A stretch of 64,000 nt of DNA from Octopus vulgaris (taxonomy: Eukaryota), in assembly GCA_951406725.2 (NCBI GenBank), contig OX597823.1, forward strand, positions 29,884,001 to 29,948,000, given 5' to 3'. Of the stretch, positions 14,343 to 27,244 are shown in pieces; within the stretch, counting starts at the first letter, position 1; each line of letters starts with the position of its first letter. The notes beneath the pieces are model-generated. The model made no database searches. It was not told where the DNA came from and saw nothing but the letters and a program-made list of their open reading frames with translations. The translations under genes and the position numbers were made by a program.

Positions 14343-14649
14343 TGTCTTGTTCTCTTTTTTCTTTCTGTCTTATATAACTCCATACATCCCCACCACACCC
14401 AATGCTTTATGGCAATATCATATCGACTCTCGGTGTTTCACTTTCCTACTGTTCAAGACTGCTGAACAGACAGACAATAAGATTTATAAATAGATAAACA
14501 CATGTGCGCCCGCGCACACCACCCACATACATTTATGGATGTATGAAAACATATCGACTTGAACTTATAAGCACACACGCACACCACTGTATGTATGTAT
14601 GTATGTATGTATCTATGTATAAGTGCAGATTTGTATGTTTAATGTATGT

Positions 14650-15310
14650 CTTCTCATGCATATAGTTACATATCTAGACATGTTCACATGATAAACTTCT
14701 GGAAAGTTTTGCAGATTTTTACAGTTCCAGTGATGGATTAGATCTGTAGTCTTCGAATTAGCTTTCTCCTTTTTTGGTTTTGAGAAGCCTAATTTCTCAA
14801 GAATGGTATTCAGGCAGTTTTTTTACATATCCCAGGGCCCCAATAATTACAGGTATAAACTTGAACTTGTAATCTGGATAGGGTAATTGCAGATTTTTCA
14901 ATAGTTCAACATGGGTGTTCTCTTTCTCACCGATCTTTAGCTTCATGTTAACATCCGCTAGGCAGCTAATCTCCACAACTATGCACAGTTTCTCTTCTCT
15001 ATCCCCAATCATTATATCAGGTCTGTTGTGCTTACATCTTAGTAAGATCTTCACTGAGACATTCCATCAGTACTCCTTTTCATTAAAAGTGGCTATGGCT
15101 TCTACCATACTGCAGGTTCTTATTTCTTTGTCCTTGGGATTATCCTTCCGACCGATTTCATCATAGAGTCTCCTAGCTACAACATGATATCTCATCGGTA
15201 GATAAACCGTAATAACATTTTCGGACAACTGTTTATAATGTGATTGATATCTTCGGTGTTAACTCCACAAAGTCTGCATCGGTTGTCACACTTTACTTCT
15301 TTCCTGCATC
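14650..15310 (-). mobile_element. 3' fragment of a non-LTR retrotransposon with restriction-like endonuclease (R4/Dong/NeSL-type)
   Basis: ORF 14797-15054 KHNRPDIMIGDREEKLCIVVEISC...PVIIGALG fits the PD-(D/E)xK RLE domain; upstream RYHVVAR resembles the RHD motif after the zinc knuckle. Confidence 0.75.
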
Positions 15311-15820
15311 TCTATCACTTTTGTGCATCGTATGTATGTATGTATGTATGTATGTATGTATGTATGTATGTATGTATGTATGTATGTATGTATGTATGTA
15401 TACGTGCTCATATATATATACTTAAATGTATGCATTCAGGTGTGAATGTATTCAGGTATTTATTAATATGTATGCGGGTATGTACGTTTGTATGTTTGCA
15501 TGTCCCTCAGTGCCTTGAACCACAACTTTTCATGGCATACTGGAGTATTTATACAGCCAGTCACTAAAATACCTCATGAGATATTTCTCCAGTATTAACG
15601 AGTGCCGTTTGTGTGTGTGTGTGTGTATGAGAGTGTTTGCGTGTGTGTGTGCGCGTGTATGTGCGTGTGTGTGTATGTGTGCGTGTGTATATGTATGTGT
15701 ATGTATGTGTTATTTCTGTATAAGAACACATCTGTATGTGTGTGTATTCGTGGGTGGTTGTATATTTATGTGTTTGTGTGTTTGTGAGAGTGTGTATATT
15801 TGAGTATGTATATTTGAGTA

Positions 15821-15857
<37 letters not shown>

Positions 15858-16513
15858 GCATGTTAGTAAGAATATGTCTCCGTGTGTAGGTATATACATA
15901 TTCGTTTATTTTATGCGCTTTAGTCATTGGAGAGCGGCCATGCTGTAGCAATATTTTTAACGATCTCCATAGCATCTTTCAGCCTTGTATTTCCGTCCAC
16001 CAAATTCCCGACCCAAAGTATGGATTAGCCTGAAGTTATTGAAGAAGATACTGGTTGCCCAATAGACCACGTAACAGAATTGAACCAGCTCCTACGTGAT
16101 TGCAAAGCTAGCATTTTAACCAAATAGCTATTGTTGTCTCTATAATATGCAAGATGTAAATTATAGTTACGAGGACTGAGCAAAAAAGTATCAAGACTGC
16201 TATTGGGTTGGTGCATAATTATTGCGGCTTTTTTTCAATAAATTCTATTCAACAAAACCATATATATGTATATATATGTACATTTAAAATAATAAGGGTG
16301 AAAAATTCAATGTTAATTTGATTAATATCAATTTAAAACCAGTGGTCTAGCATATTAAAATCTGAAGATTCAGAAAAAGTATGTTACATACATATAAGTG
16401 GAATGACCACTACGTGGACATACATTATGCTAGAAGTAGATACGCTATGGTCTTACCACTAAGAAAGGAATGTTCTCAAGAAAATTTAGCAAACGCCACG
16501 TATACGCCTGAAC

Positions 16514-16597
<84 letters not shown>

Positions 16598-17329
16598 ATG
16601 TATATATATATATATATAAATACATATGCATATACACATATATATATATGTATTTATAGTTGTATGTATGTATGTATTTATGGGTGTATGTATGAATATA
16701 TAGATGCATGTCTAAAGTGTTGGGAATTCATGAAACATGCTCTCTGCTATTACGATGAGTAGTTGTGTTTATCCAGTTGGGTGAATTTGAACAAAGAATT
16801 TCTAGTTTCACTAGTTTTAACATGATCTTGATCTTCACTGACGTCACTAAAATCTATATGTGGTATATATGAGTGTGTAGGTGTATGTATGTATATATGT
16901 TTGAATGTAAACACGTATGCGTGAGTGAAACCGGTTGACTGAATAGGTAAGCATAAAATTGGCTAATACGATTATTCATTCACTGTTAAAAACGTGCAGG
17001 CAATAAATAACTGTTTTCTAAAATTACATGTTGTCGCACAATTGCTGTCAATGCAAGCGCTTTGTGACTGTGTGAGGTTTTGACATATTCTCATACAATG
17101 GATAGTGTTTACAATAGCAAACTAGAGTTAGATATTGCGGTTAGCCTTAGTTTATATTTTGCGTCACTTTAACCGTTGCCCAAAATTATTGACATCTCAT
17201 TTAATCTTAAAAGATAATATCCAGTTTGAGTGTTGGAAATGCTTTGTCTTTCTCAAATCCTGGATGTGTGTGTCTCTATGTCTATATAAGGACTTCTTAC
17301 ATACAGGTCTGTGCCAATGATACTAAACC

Positions 17330-18087
17330 TACGAATACCATTCTTCTTGATTACTCCTCTTCAATTTTTTCCCTATTATATATATTTGACCCCTAATATA
17401 CTCACTTGATTAATAAGACTTTTGTCCTCAATTAATAAGTATTATGCCTACTTATAATAAGTGATAGATTTTTCTCCAAACTGAATAAATATTAGATTTA
17501 TAATTTCTCTTTTAATCCAACGTATCAAAATACTCAAAGCCTATCAGCTAATTATAAAGTTGATGTATATAAATTTTTTAAAATCTCTGCATTCTCTATG
17601 AGTGGTCATTGTAACCATTTGACAGTAACCTAGTTTTTCTAATGCTAAATCTGTTTGCCAAATAGTAGTAAAAGGCTTCTGTAGTGTGACGACCATTTCT
17701 TTCTACCTCAATTTCTTTATATAGAACTTTGACATTTATTTCACCCCTATTTCTGTAAATAGAAAATCTTTTTTGTCTCCTTTCAATTGTTCATTCTTCT
17801 CAAAACCTTCTAGCAGTTCAAAACAACTGAATATTCTTCAGTCAATTGATAAACTCCACGACCGTAAATGTTCTTAAAATTTAAATCCACATCTTTGTCT
17901 ATATATCTACCTTCACTATAATGTTATCAATTGAGATGAAAATTATGTATTAATGGAAAACCTCTATTAATGGCTGATGAGTGCTCAGCATTTTAAAACT
18001 GTTGTAATACTTACAACATTTAATAAAATGATGTAGCGTGAAACGATCGTAACAAATCACCGAAGTTATTCTTGTTGCATATTTTGA

Positions 18088-18090
<3 letters not shown>
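17330..18090 (+). mobile_element. PLE-type 3' UTR/pseudo-LTR copy ending in a degenerate hammerhead (17971-18055)
   Basis: Homologous to 33180-33700; tgg-CTGATGA-gtgct...agcgt-GAAA-cgatcg-TA; followed by (TA)n. Confidence 0.7.
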
Positions 18091-18139
<49 letters not shown>

Positions 18140-18149
18140 TCATTTACTC

Positions 18150-18364
18150 TTTTACTCAAATGACTGAGGCCATGCTGGAGTACCGCCTTTAGTCAAGCAA
18201 ATGGACCCCAGGACTTAATCTTTGTAAGCCTAGTACTTATTCTATCGGTCTCTTTTGCCGAACCGCTAAGTTATGGGAAAGTAAACACAGCAGCATCAGT
18301 TGTCAAGTGATGTTAGGGGGACAAACACAGACACACAAACATATACACACATACATACATAGAT

Positions 18365-18407
<43 letters not shown>

Positions 18408-18556
18408 AGACCAAAAGGGTAATGTATGTATATACACTCATATACACGACGGGCTTCTATCAGTTTTCGTCTACCAAATCCACTCACAAGGCTTTGGTCG
18501 TCCCGAGGCTATACTAGAAGACATATGCCCAAGGTGCCACACAGTGGGACTGAACC
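18150..18556 (-). mobile_element. SINE family A
   Basis: Reverse complement of family A with internal CA/TA tract. Confidence 0.85.
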
Positions 18557-18616
18557 ATAGCATTAATTATTAGTTGAAGATAGATTTCGTATTAGGCTTT
18601 TATAAGGTACAACATC

Positions 18617-19375
18617 CAGGGGTTCGACAAAATAATGGAAAAATCTAGCATCATGGCATCATAATTTTGAAATATCTATAAAACCGTCAAAAGCTTGTTT
18701 ATTTTTATGTTTTTTTATTTATTATTAGTGTTGCTAAATACGTTTTGCTAAAATTGCTGTTTCGTTTCAGACATCACCAGAAAAAGGTAATTAAAATTCA
18801 TTAAAATGACAGGTCTCGAAAGTAATAAAAGTCTTTGAGAAAGAAGAAAAAACTTCCTCGTCGAAACTCCGGAAGAAAACCAAAACTTTCAGATAGGGAC
18901 CGTCGCAAATTTTTAGAAAGGATCACAAAAGTACAGCTCCCAAAATTACTGCAGAGTTTAATGATCATCTCGAGAACACAGTTCCCTCAGAAACTGTTCA
19001 CTGGGAGCTGCACAAAGACGGATTTTACGGGAGGGCAGCAATCTGAAGACCACTATTTCAAAAACAAATGTTGCAAAGCGTTTAGAGTGGAGTAAAAACC
19101 TACAGAATTGATCTCTAGAGCAGTGGAAGAATGTTATTTTCTCGAACGAGTCATCCTTTACCTCATTTCCGATCACCGGCCGAGTAAATGTGTGGAGACA
19201 GCCAAAAGAATTATTTGACCCAGACTGCCTTCTTCCAACTGTTAAACATGGAGGAGGATCTGTGATGATCGGGGGGGGGGGGAGCTATATCTTGGAATTC
19301 CGCCGGCCCAATGGATTCTTTTCATGACTGAATTAATAGTCAAGACTATTTAAGCATTTTATCTGATCAAATTCA
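18617..19375 (+). mobile_element. Tc1-like DNA transposon fragment
   Basis: TIR-like start caggggttcgacaaaataatggaaa; peptides SGRKPKLSDRDRR, QWKNVIFSNESSF, PTVKHGGGSVMI; frameshifted and truncated at (GATA)n. Confidence 0.85.
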
Positions 19376-19382
19376 GACAGAC

Positions 19383-19474
<92 letters not shown>

Positions 19475-19848
19475 GGATGGGTAATCCAATACAAGGAAAC
19501 AAGATCGTTTTATTGGGGTGAAAACATCAAAGTTTCACTGGCTTATCTGGTTTAATACCCAATGTAATAGAAAAATGTTTCAACAATATAAGTTTTTATA
19601 TACAATATACAAAATAATAAAAAGAAAACAGAGTGTTCAAACTGTCATATGTTAATTTATTAACATAATATTAATAATCCCTACAATGGTTTCGATTCAA
19701 ACTCAGAATCAATAACAAATTTATAAAAATTCATATTTGGGAAACATTTTGAGGAAAATCTTGTCCGAGTAAATCAGGATAAAAAATTACACATTAGAAG
19801 TTTAAAATCCTTAAATAGACTGAGTTAATCAAAACACACACATGTGTA

Positions 19849-19884
<36 letters not shown>

Positions 19885-19886
<2 letters not shown>

Positions 19887-20240
19887 ATACCAACTACCGA
19901 ACTAGACGGCACTGCATACTATCAAAGATACTGTCTTCTTCATCTCAGATAAGGACCCAGTATTGCAATAGGTTGGGTTTCACCAAACCATAACTATTTA
20001 ATATTCTGCCAAGGAACCTAAGAGATCTGCAAGGTGTAGATGCGGAAACGTTCAAAATGTACCTTGACAAATTTATACCTGAAATCCCAGATGAGCCCAC
20101 ATCGCGACAACATACACAAGGAAGAGCAGCTTCGTCCAACTCGCTTCTACATCAAAAACAGTACCGAAAGACCCAAAATCATGGATAGGCGGTGCTCCAG
20201 CATGGCCCAGCCTCTGGCTGAAACCAGTAAAAGAATAACT
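19885..20240 (+). mobile_element. 3' end of a CR1/L2-like LINE
   Basis: Degenerate C-terminal peptide LFNILPRNLRDLQGVDAETFKMYLDKFIPEIPDEP, then a tail shared with SINE A. Confidence 0.7.
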
Positions 20241-20260
20241 GAAAGAACACACATATATAT

Positions 20261-20302
<42 letters not shown>

Positions 20303-20327
20303 ACACGTACGCACGCACACACAAACA

Positions 20328-20359
<32 letters not shown>

Positions 20360-20363
<4 letters not shown>

Positions 20364-20566
20364 ATCCAAACATGAAAACATAAAGAGAAAACACAACAAC
20401 GCGAGGACGTGGAACAAATATAGTATTATTGGACGCTCAGGAAGAAAGGAAAGGAGGAGGATTTAATGTTTCGAACGGAGCTCTTCGTCAGAAACAAAGA
20501 AAAAGGAAAGATCCAAAGAAGGGAAGACGGAGGAAAAAAAATCGCCAACGGTACACACGCGGTCAC

Positions 20567-20570
<4 letters not shown>
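20360..20570 (-). mobile_element. ~210-bp non-coding HHR-bearing element in (TA)n (HHR 20461-20496, degenerate)
   Basis: Reverse complement of 39470-39690; CTGACGA-agagctccgttc-GAAA-ca-TT; (TA)n on both sides. Confidence 0.75.
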
Positions 20571-20611
<41 letters not shown>

Positions 20612-21157
20612 GCGATGGACTTCTCACATGATTTACTTATATGGCAATGGTCAGCTTGGCGATTCGATAATTACGGAATCCAAAGAAAAACAGGTTTGTC
20701 GGTGAAACAATGTATCTTGCCTCCATTTTTGCCTTGCACGGCTGTTTTCTGGTCATTACTTTTTGTTTATGTATGCATGTATGTATGTGTGTATGTATAT
20801 ACGATAGCGTGAACGTAATGTGTATGTACGTATGTATATAAGTACATATCCGGAATATTATGGAAAACAACCGCTAATCTTTTCTTATTGTTTTATTTCT
20901 CCCAGTGACACAATTATCCCGAGTCTCCTTGTTGACAATATAACACTACTTAACACGAGGGCCAGTTAATATCCTTAAACACAGCACAACCATTGTGCTC
21001 ATCCCAGCCTTTCCTTTTCCCAATTAAAAAAACAAAACAAACAAAAACAATAAGCGTTGAATATGGAATTAACAATTTAAAAATGCACTTTCAATGCACG
21101 ATTGTCCCTCAGGTCAAAATCCACAAGCGGCTACATTAAATAGGATTTGCTTATTTT

Positions 21158-21215
<58 letters not shown>

Positions 21216-21287
21216 ATATATATGTGTGTGTTTGTATATATATGCATATTATATGTATATGTATATATGTATATGTATGTATATGTA

Positions 21288-21363
<76 letters not shown>

Positions 21364-21369
21364 AATCTG

Positions 21370-21478
<109 letters not shown>

Positions 21479-21581
21479 ATTCGGAGATGGTCATGTTCCC
21501 AGTTTAACCAATGAAAACAGACACACTATAATATATTCGGTGTTCACTTGCTTCAGCTTTATTCTATATTAATCTTATTTC

Positions 21582-21625
21582 GGCCAGAGTTCTTTCGTCA
21601 CACTTCTGGGACCTCATCAGTGGTC
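21582..21625 (-). ncRNA. Type I hammerhead ribozyme motif
   Basis: Minus strand cca-CTGATGA-ggtcccagaagtgtgac-GAAA-gaac-TC-tgg; short stem I, CUC triplet. Confidence 0.6.
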
Positions 21626-21699
21626 CTTTGCTTTCTGCTTTCTTCTTTTCTTTTCTTTTTTTGTCTCTCCTTACCAACGATCTGCCATTTTAACTCTGG

Positions 21700-22260
21700 T
21701 CGAAATACAATTAGTATAAAATAAAGCTGCAGCAAGTGAACATTTTCGCAATATTTAGCTTTTTTTATTTCCATAAAGGCAAGAAATCTGCTGAGGTTCA
21801 CAAAGAGATATGTAAAGTTCATGGCGTTGATTGCTTTACGGAACGCACATGTCAGAAATGGCTAAAAAAAATTCTGTTCTGGAGATTTTTCACTCAAAGA
21901 TGACCATCATCCTGGTCGACTACTGAAGTTGATGATGACCGAATCAAAGCCATAATTGAATCTGATTGTCATATAACTGTGCGCGAGGTTGCAGAGAGGT
22001 TAAATGTATCATACACAACAACTGAAAATCACTTAAAGAAGTCTTAGACTCGTTAAGAAGCTCGATATTTGGGTTCCACATAAATTGAAAGAGATTCACA
22101 TGACACAACGGGTCAATATTTGCGACATGCATCTCAAGCGCAATGAAACGAATTATCACCGGTGAGGAAAAATGGATTGTCTACAATAACATCAATCGAA
22201 AACTATCACAGTCCAAATGTAATGAACCAACACAAACTACATCGAAAGCTTAATTGCATT
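21700..22260 (+). mobile_element. mariner transposase N-terminal fragment
   Basis: Peptides ERTCQKW, GDFSLKD, EVDDD, LDIWVPHKL; frameshifted. Confidence 0.8.
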
Positions 22261-22271
22261 AAAAAAAAAGG

Positions 22272-22314
<43 letters not shown>

Positions 22315-22321
<7 letters not shown>

Positions 22322-22710
22322 TAAGTAGCTTGCTTACCAACCACATGGTCTCGGATTCAGTGCCACTGCGTGGCACCTGGGCAAGTGTCTTCTACTATAG
22401 CCTCGGGCCGACCAAAGCCTTGTGAGTGGATTTGGTAGTCGGAAACTGGAAGAAGCCCGTCGTATATGTATATATATGTATATGTATGTGTGTGTATATA
22501 TTTGTGTGTCTGCGTTTGTCTTCCCAACATCGCTTGACAACCGATGCTGGTGTGTTTACTTTCCTGTAACTTAGCGGTTCGGCAAAAGAGACCGATATAA
22601 TAAGTACTAGGCTTACAAAGAATAAGCTCTGGGGTCGATTTGCTCGACTAAAGGCGGTGCTCCAGCATGGCCACAGTCAAATGACTGAAACAAGTAAAAG
22701 AGCAAAAGAG
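22315..22710 (+). mobile_element. SINE family A
   Basis: Family A body and tail. Confidence 0.85.
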
Positions 22711-22979
22711 TATATATGTGTGTGTATATATATATATTATGTCAGGTCGCTCTAGAGTGCTACTTGTAACATGTAATCCAGTACAGCCTGTTGCATGGTC
22801 GGGACGTCGGCGACTAAACTGACAACCCCACCAGGTTCGCTTGGTGAGGAGGGTGCTGTTGGACTCCCTGTGGGATGGAAAAATAAGACCCAACAAAGGG
22901 CGGATGAACTCCTGAATAGTCAACGGCCATCCAACAAAATACCGGCCTGCCCGACCAGCCAGTGGGATAGCGTCATCTT

Positions 22980-23996
22980 ATGGCTAAAACAGCACGAAGA
23001 ACGAAGAGAAAAGGAAAAGGGCCTCAGTACCCTGCACGTCAATCGGGCCACTCCATGACGGCGGAGTGCAACTCGAGCAACGAGAGGCTGCTAAGAATCA
23101 CAGGTTCCCGAAGGCCGTCATGGAACAGGACTAAACTTTCCATATGTACCTACAACTGCAGGTCTATGGCAGGGTGGCAAGAACTGAACCACCTAATGGA
23201 GGAGAGGAAGAAGATCAGGTGCGACGTGTTAGGGCTCTGCGAGACACGCTGGAAGAAGGAAGCGAGTATACGATGGCAAGATGGATGCACTGTGAGATTA
23301 GGAAGAGCAGAAGGTGCTAGATCGGTCGGAGGTATCGGATTCATCGTAAGTAAGGAATGGGCTTCGAGGGTTGCTTCTTGCCACTTCATATCATCACGGA
23401 TTGGTGTACTAAATGTGAACCTCTCAGGGAAGGCCACCCTCAAGATTGTCCAGACCTATGCTCCCACAAGTGCCAGCGACGACGACGAGGTGGAAGAATT
23501 CTATCGACAACTAGACAAAGAGCTGGCTATGAAGTCCACTTACACTGTCGTGATGGGAGACTTCAACGCAAAGGTTGGACATGGACGACAAGGACAGGAG
23601 TACGTCGGGAGATTTGGCATGGGAGAGAGAAACGAGAGAGGAGAACGTTTGGCTACCATAGCAGAGGCGAGGCAGCTCTACATCGGAAACAGCCTATTCA
23701 GGAAGAGGGAGAGGAAGAGATGGACTTGGATATCGCCGAACTCTAAGCACCGAAGCGAGATCGACTACATCCTGGTTGATAAGCGACGCATATTGCATGA
23801 CGTCTCCGCCGTGATGCCATTCAACACCGGCAGCGATCATCGTCTGGTAAGGGCGAGGGTCGTCATCGACGGAAAGAGGGAGAAGATGGCGTTATATTTG
23901 GCGTCGAAGGGAAAACGTGTCCGAGTCTACAACGAGGCAAAGCTTAGAGTTTGGCGATATCCAAGTCCATCTCTTCCTCTCCCTCTTCCTGAATAG
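22980..23996 (+). pseudogene. RTE APE endonuclease domain
   Basis: Motifs TYNCRS, LGLCETRW, YAPT, MGDFNAKVG, EIDYIL, GSDHRLV; ends at a stop inside the inverted insertion. Confidence 0.92.
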
Positions 23997-24110
23997 GCTG
24001 TTTCCGATGTAGAGCTGCCTCGCCTCTGCCATGGTAGCCAAACGTTCTCCTCTATCGTTTCTCTCTCCCATGCCAAATCTCTCGACGTACTCCTCTCCTT
24101 GTCGTCCATG
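23942..24110 (-). repeat. 169-bp inverted copy of 23580-23748 inserted in the RTE ORF
   Basis: Direct reverse-complement match, 5 mismatches counted by eye. Confidence 0.95.
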
Positions 24111-25472
24111 CAGGAAGACTGGTGCCAAGGAGACGACATAGACGATGACTACAACTCACTGATAGGGAAACTGAAGGAGTGTTTAAGGAAGGCTAAGGGA
24201 GTATGCCCAAGAGAAAAGAAGGGAAGAATCTCGGAAGAAACTACGAAGTTACTCGAGAAGAGGAAAAATATGAAGAGGACTATTGAAGATCACCTTGAAT
24301 ATTCCATTCTCAGCAGAGTGATTCCTCAGCAACTAAAGAAAGACTTTGAGGCATACCGGATGGAGAAGCTCTTGAAAACCGCAGAGGAAAAGAAGAGCCT
24401 CAAGAAATGCAAGAGGGACATGGTACTATATAGATCGGAGGTGACGGCCCTGAAAAATACAGATGGAATACCGGTCAACGAGAAGAGCGAGATGGAAAAA
24501 GTTTGTGAAGACTTCTACACCAAGCTCTTTAAGTCTACCAGAAATGTCCAGCCGTTACCACCACTCCAACAGGAAGAAAACGTGCCACCTATCCTTGTCA
24601 GTGAGGTTGAAAAAGCCATCGGCTCGATGAAAAACGGAAAAGCTCCAGGGAAAGACGGTATAACATCGGAGGTGCTAAAGTCAGGCAGAGAGCAGCTCTG
24701 GAAAATCCTCGCTGAGCGATTTACGCACTATCTAGACGAGGGAAGAATTCCCTCGCAGTGGAAAGAGTCAAATACCATCCTGCTGTATAAGAAGGGCGAC
24801 AGAGAAGATCTAAAGAACTACCGACCCATATGCCTGCTGTCTCATGTGTACAAGCTGTTCACGAAGATAATTCTGAACAGGTTGTCACGTCGTCTCGACG
24901 AACAACAACCGAGGGAACAAGCAGGCTTCCGGAAGAACTACAGCACAATGGACCACAAATATACTCTAACGCAACTGCTTGAGCGAGCAAATGAGTACAA
25001 GCTGCCTCTTTGCGTTGCGTTTATAGATTATGAAAAGGCCTTCGATAGCGTCGAAACCAACGCAGTGCTGAACTCGCTGCAGAGGCAAGGAATCGAAGCG
25101 CAATATGTGCAGCTGCTCAGAGAGGCAAATTCCGGATGCACCACCGACATAGCTCTACTGTCATCACCCATACGAGTGCCGGTCGAGAAAGGAGTGAAGC
25201 AAGGAGATACAATCTCCCCAAAACTTTTCACTGCATGTCTCAAACAGATCATCAGAGGCATCGACTGGCAGGGTGGTATCAACATCAATGGCGAGCTCCT
25301 CACTCACCTCAGCTTCGCTGACGACATCGTACTCATCGCTGAAAACATGGATCAGCTTCAGACCATGCTGACGGAGCTCGACATCAAAAGTTCTGCAGTA
25401 GGTCTCAAGATGAACCACATTAAAATACAAAGTACATGCGGTCAGACAATGTACCAACAGGTCGAATGGTGA
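24099..25472 (+). pseudogene. RTE reverse transcriptase domain
   Basis: KAPGKDG, NYRPICLL, EQAGFR, FIDYEKAFDSV, GVKQGDTISPKLF, FADDIVL. Confidence 0.95.
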
Positions 25473-26071
25473 TCGGCGGTGATGAAATAGAGAAGGTGAG
25501 GGAATATGTCTACCTGGGACAGGAAGTAAATATGTGCCGGGATATCAATTTGGAGATCTCACGGAGAGTAAGGGCCGGATGGAAGGCGTTCAATGGCATA
25601 AGGGATGTGCTCGGGGGAAGGTTGGACAGGACCACCCGCGCCAACCTCATTAACAGTGCAGTTCTGCCTGCAATGTTATATGGTAGTGAAACATGGGCTA
25701 CCACAAAGAGAGAAGAGCAAAGACTAGCAACGGCTCAAAGAGCCATGGAAAGGTCAATGCTTGCTATCTCGTTGAGAGAGCACATAAGTAACAAGATCAT
25801 CAGAAAGAAGTCCGGCGTGAGAGATGTCATCGCAGAGTATACACGCAGCAAGTATAGATGGGCTGGACACGTCGCCCGGCTCACCGATAATCGGTGGACG
25901 CACGCAGTTGTCGAGTGGTACCTGCGTGAGCGGAAAAGACCACCCGGAAGACCTCCACGACGGTGGAGTTGCGATTTCAGTAGGACGATTGGGATCATGT
26001 GGATGAGAAAGGCGCGATCTAGAGAGGAGTGGACAGCGTGCTGTGACCAGCAGTGTCAAATGGATGCCTGA
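25436..26071 (+). pseudogene. RTE C-terminal region after a frameshift
   Basis: YVYLGQ, YGSETW, RWAGHVAR, RPPGRPPRRW; removing 2 nt near 25425 restores KTKYMR. Confidence 0.9.
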
Positions 26072-26098
26072 CGGACTGGTCGGTCAAGGTGATCAAGG

Positions 26099-26167
<69 letters not shown>

Positions 26168-26285
26168 CATATATACATATATACATATATACATACACGC
26201 ACACACACATACATATATATATTTGTGTGTGTGCTTGTATCTGTGCTTGTATCCTATCGTTTGACAACCGTTCTTTGTTTGCTTT

Positions 26286-26339
<54 letters not shown>

Positions 26340-26530
26340 TGCGTCCCGGTGACCTAGTATTTCGACAAAAAGAATCCCATAGAATAAGAACCAGGTTTCT
26401 TATCTTCATTTCTAGGTGTCCTAAGCACATACTTCTACGATTTACTGGTCAATCACGATCTCCTTCACAAAAGGATTTCCTTAATCAACCCGGATATAGG
26501 TAAAGTAGACCTTGATGATAAGTCTGCCTC

Positions 26531-26578
<48 letters not shown>

Positions 26579-26869
26579 AGTTTGTGTGTAAGCAATGTTT
26601 TAATTTGTTTTGTTTGGAGTTTTATTCATTTTTATATATTTGTTTGTTATTGACCACTTTATTGTTTTCATTGATAAGAAGATCGTGTATAGTGAGAAGA
26701 AATGGTATAACCTCCGGTTTATATAGAAAACGAAAGTGACTGAAGAATAGATCCTATTGTTAGTTTGTGTTGTTTGATTGTTGTTTTCCGACCCATTTTT
26801 GCTGAACGCCCTAAAACACTGGGATATTTATTTGGTCCTTTAAAGTAACATTTATAAAAAAAAAAATAG

Positions 26870-27023
26870 AATGGCTGTGTGGTAAGTAGCTTGCTTACCA
26901 ACCACACGGTTCCGGGTTCAGTCCCACTGCGTGGAACCTTGGGAAAGTGTCTTCTACTATAGCCTCGGGCCGACCAAAGCCTTGTGAGTGGATTTGGTAG
27001 ACGGAAACTGAAAGAACCCTGTC

Positions 27024-27079
<56 letters not shown>

Positions 27080-27211
27080 TTACTACCCACAAGGGGCTAA
27101 ACACAGAGGGGACAAACGGGTTAAGTCGGTTATATCGATCCCCCCAGTGCGTAACTGGTACTTAATTTATCGACCCCGAAAGGATGAAAGGCAAAGTCGA
27201 ACTCGGCGATG

Positions 27212-27244
<33 letters not shown>

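Larger units (their letters stand above)
22740..26100 (+). mobile_element. Near-full-length RTE-clade LINE, inactivated
   Basis: 5' UTR, single APE+RT ORF in three pieces, short 3' end with tcaaggtga-tcaaggta repeat; TA repeats on both sides. Confidence 0.93.

Noticed and set aside
19670-19775. GAAA-ccattg-TA half motif on the minus strand
   Set aside because: No matching CUGANGA found
22820-22870. Twister ribozyme in the RTE 5' UTR (gaggaggg motif)
   Set aside because: The GUCCCAAGC-type conserved loop is absent
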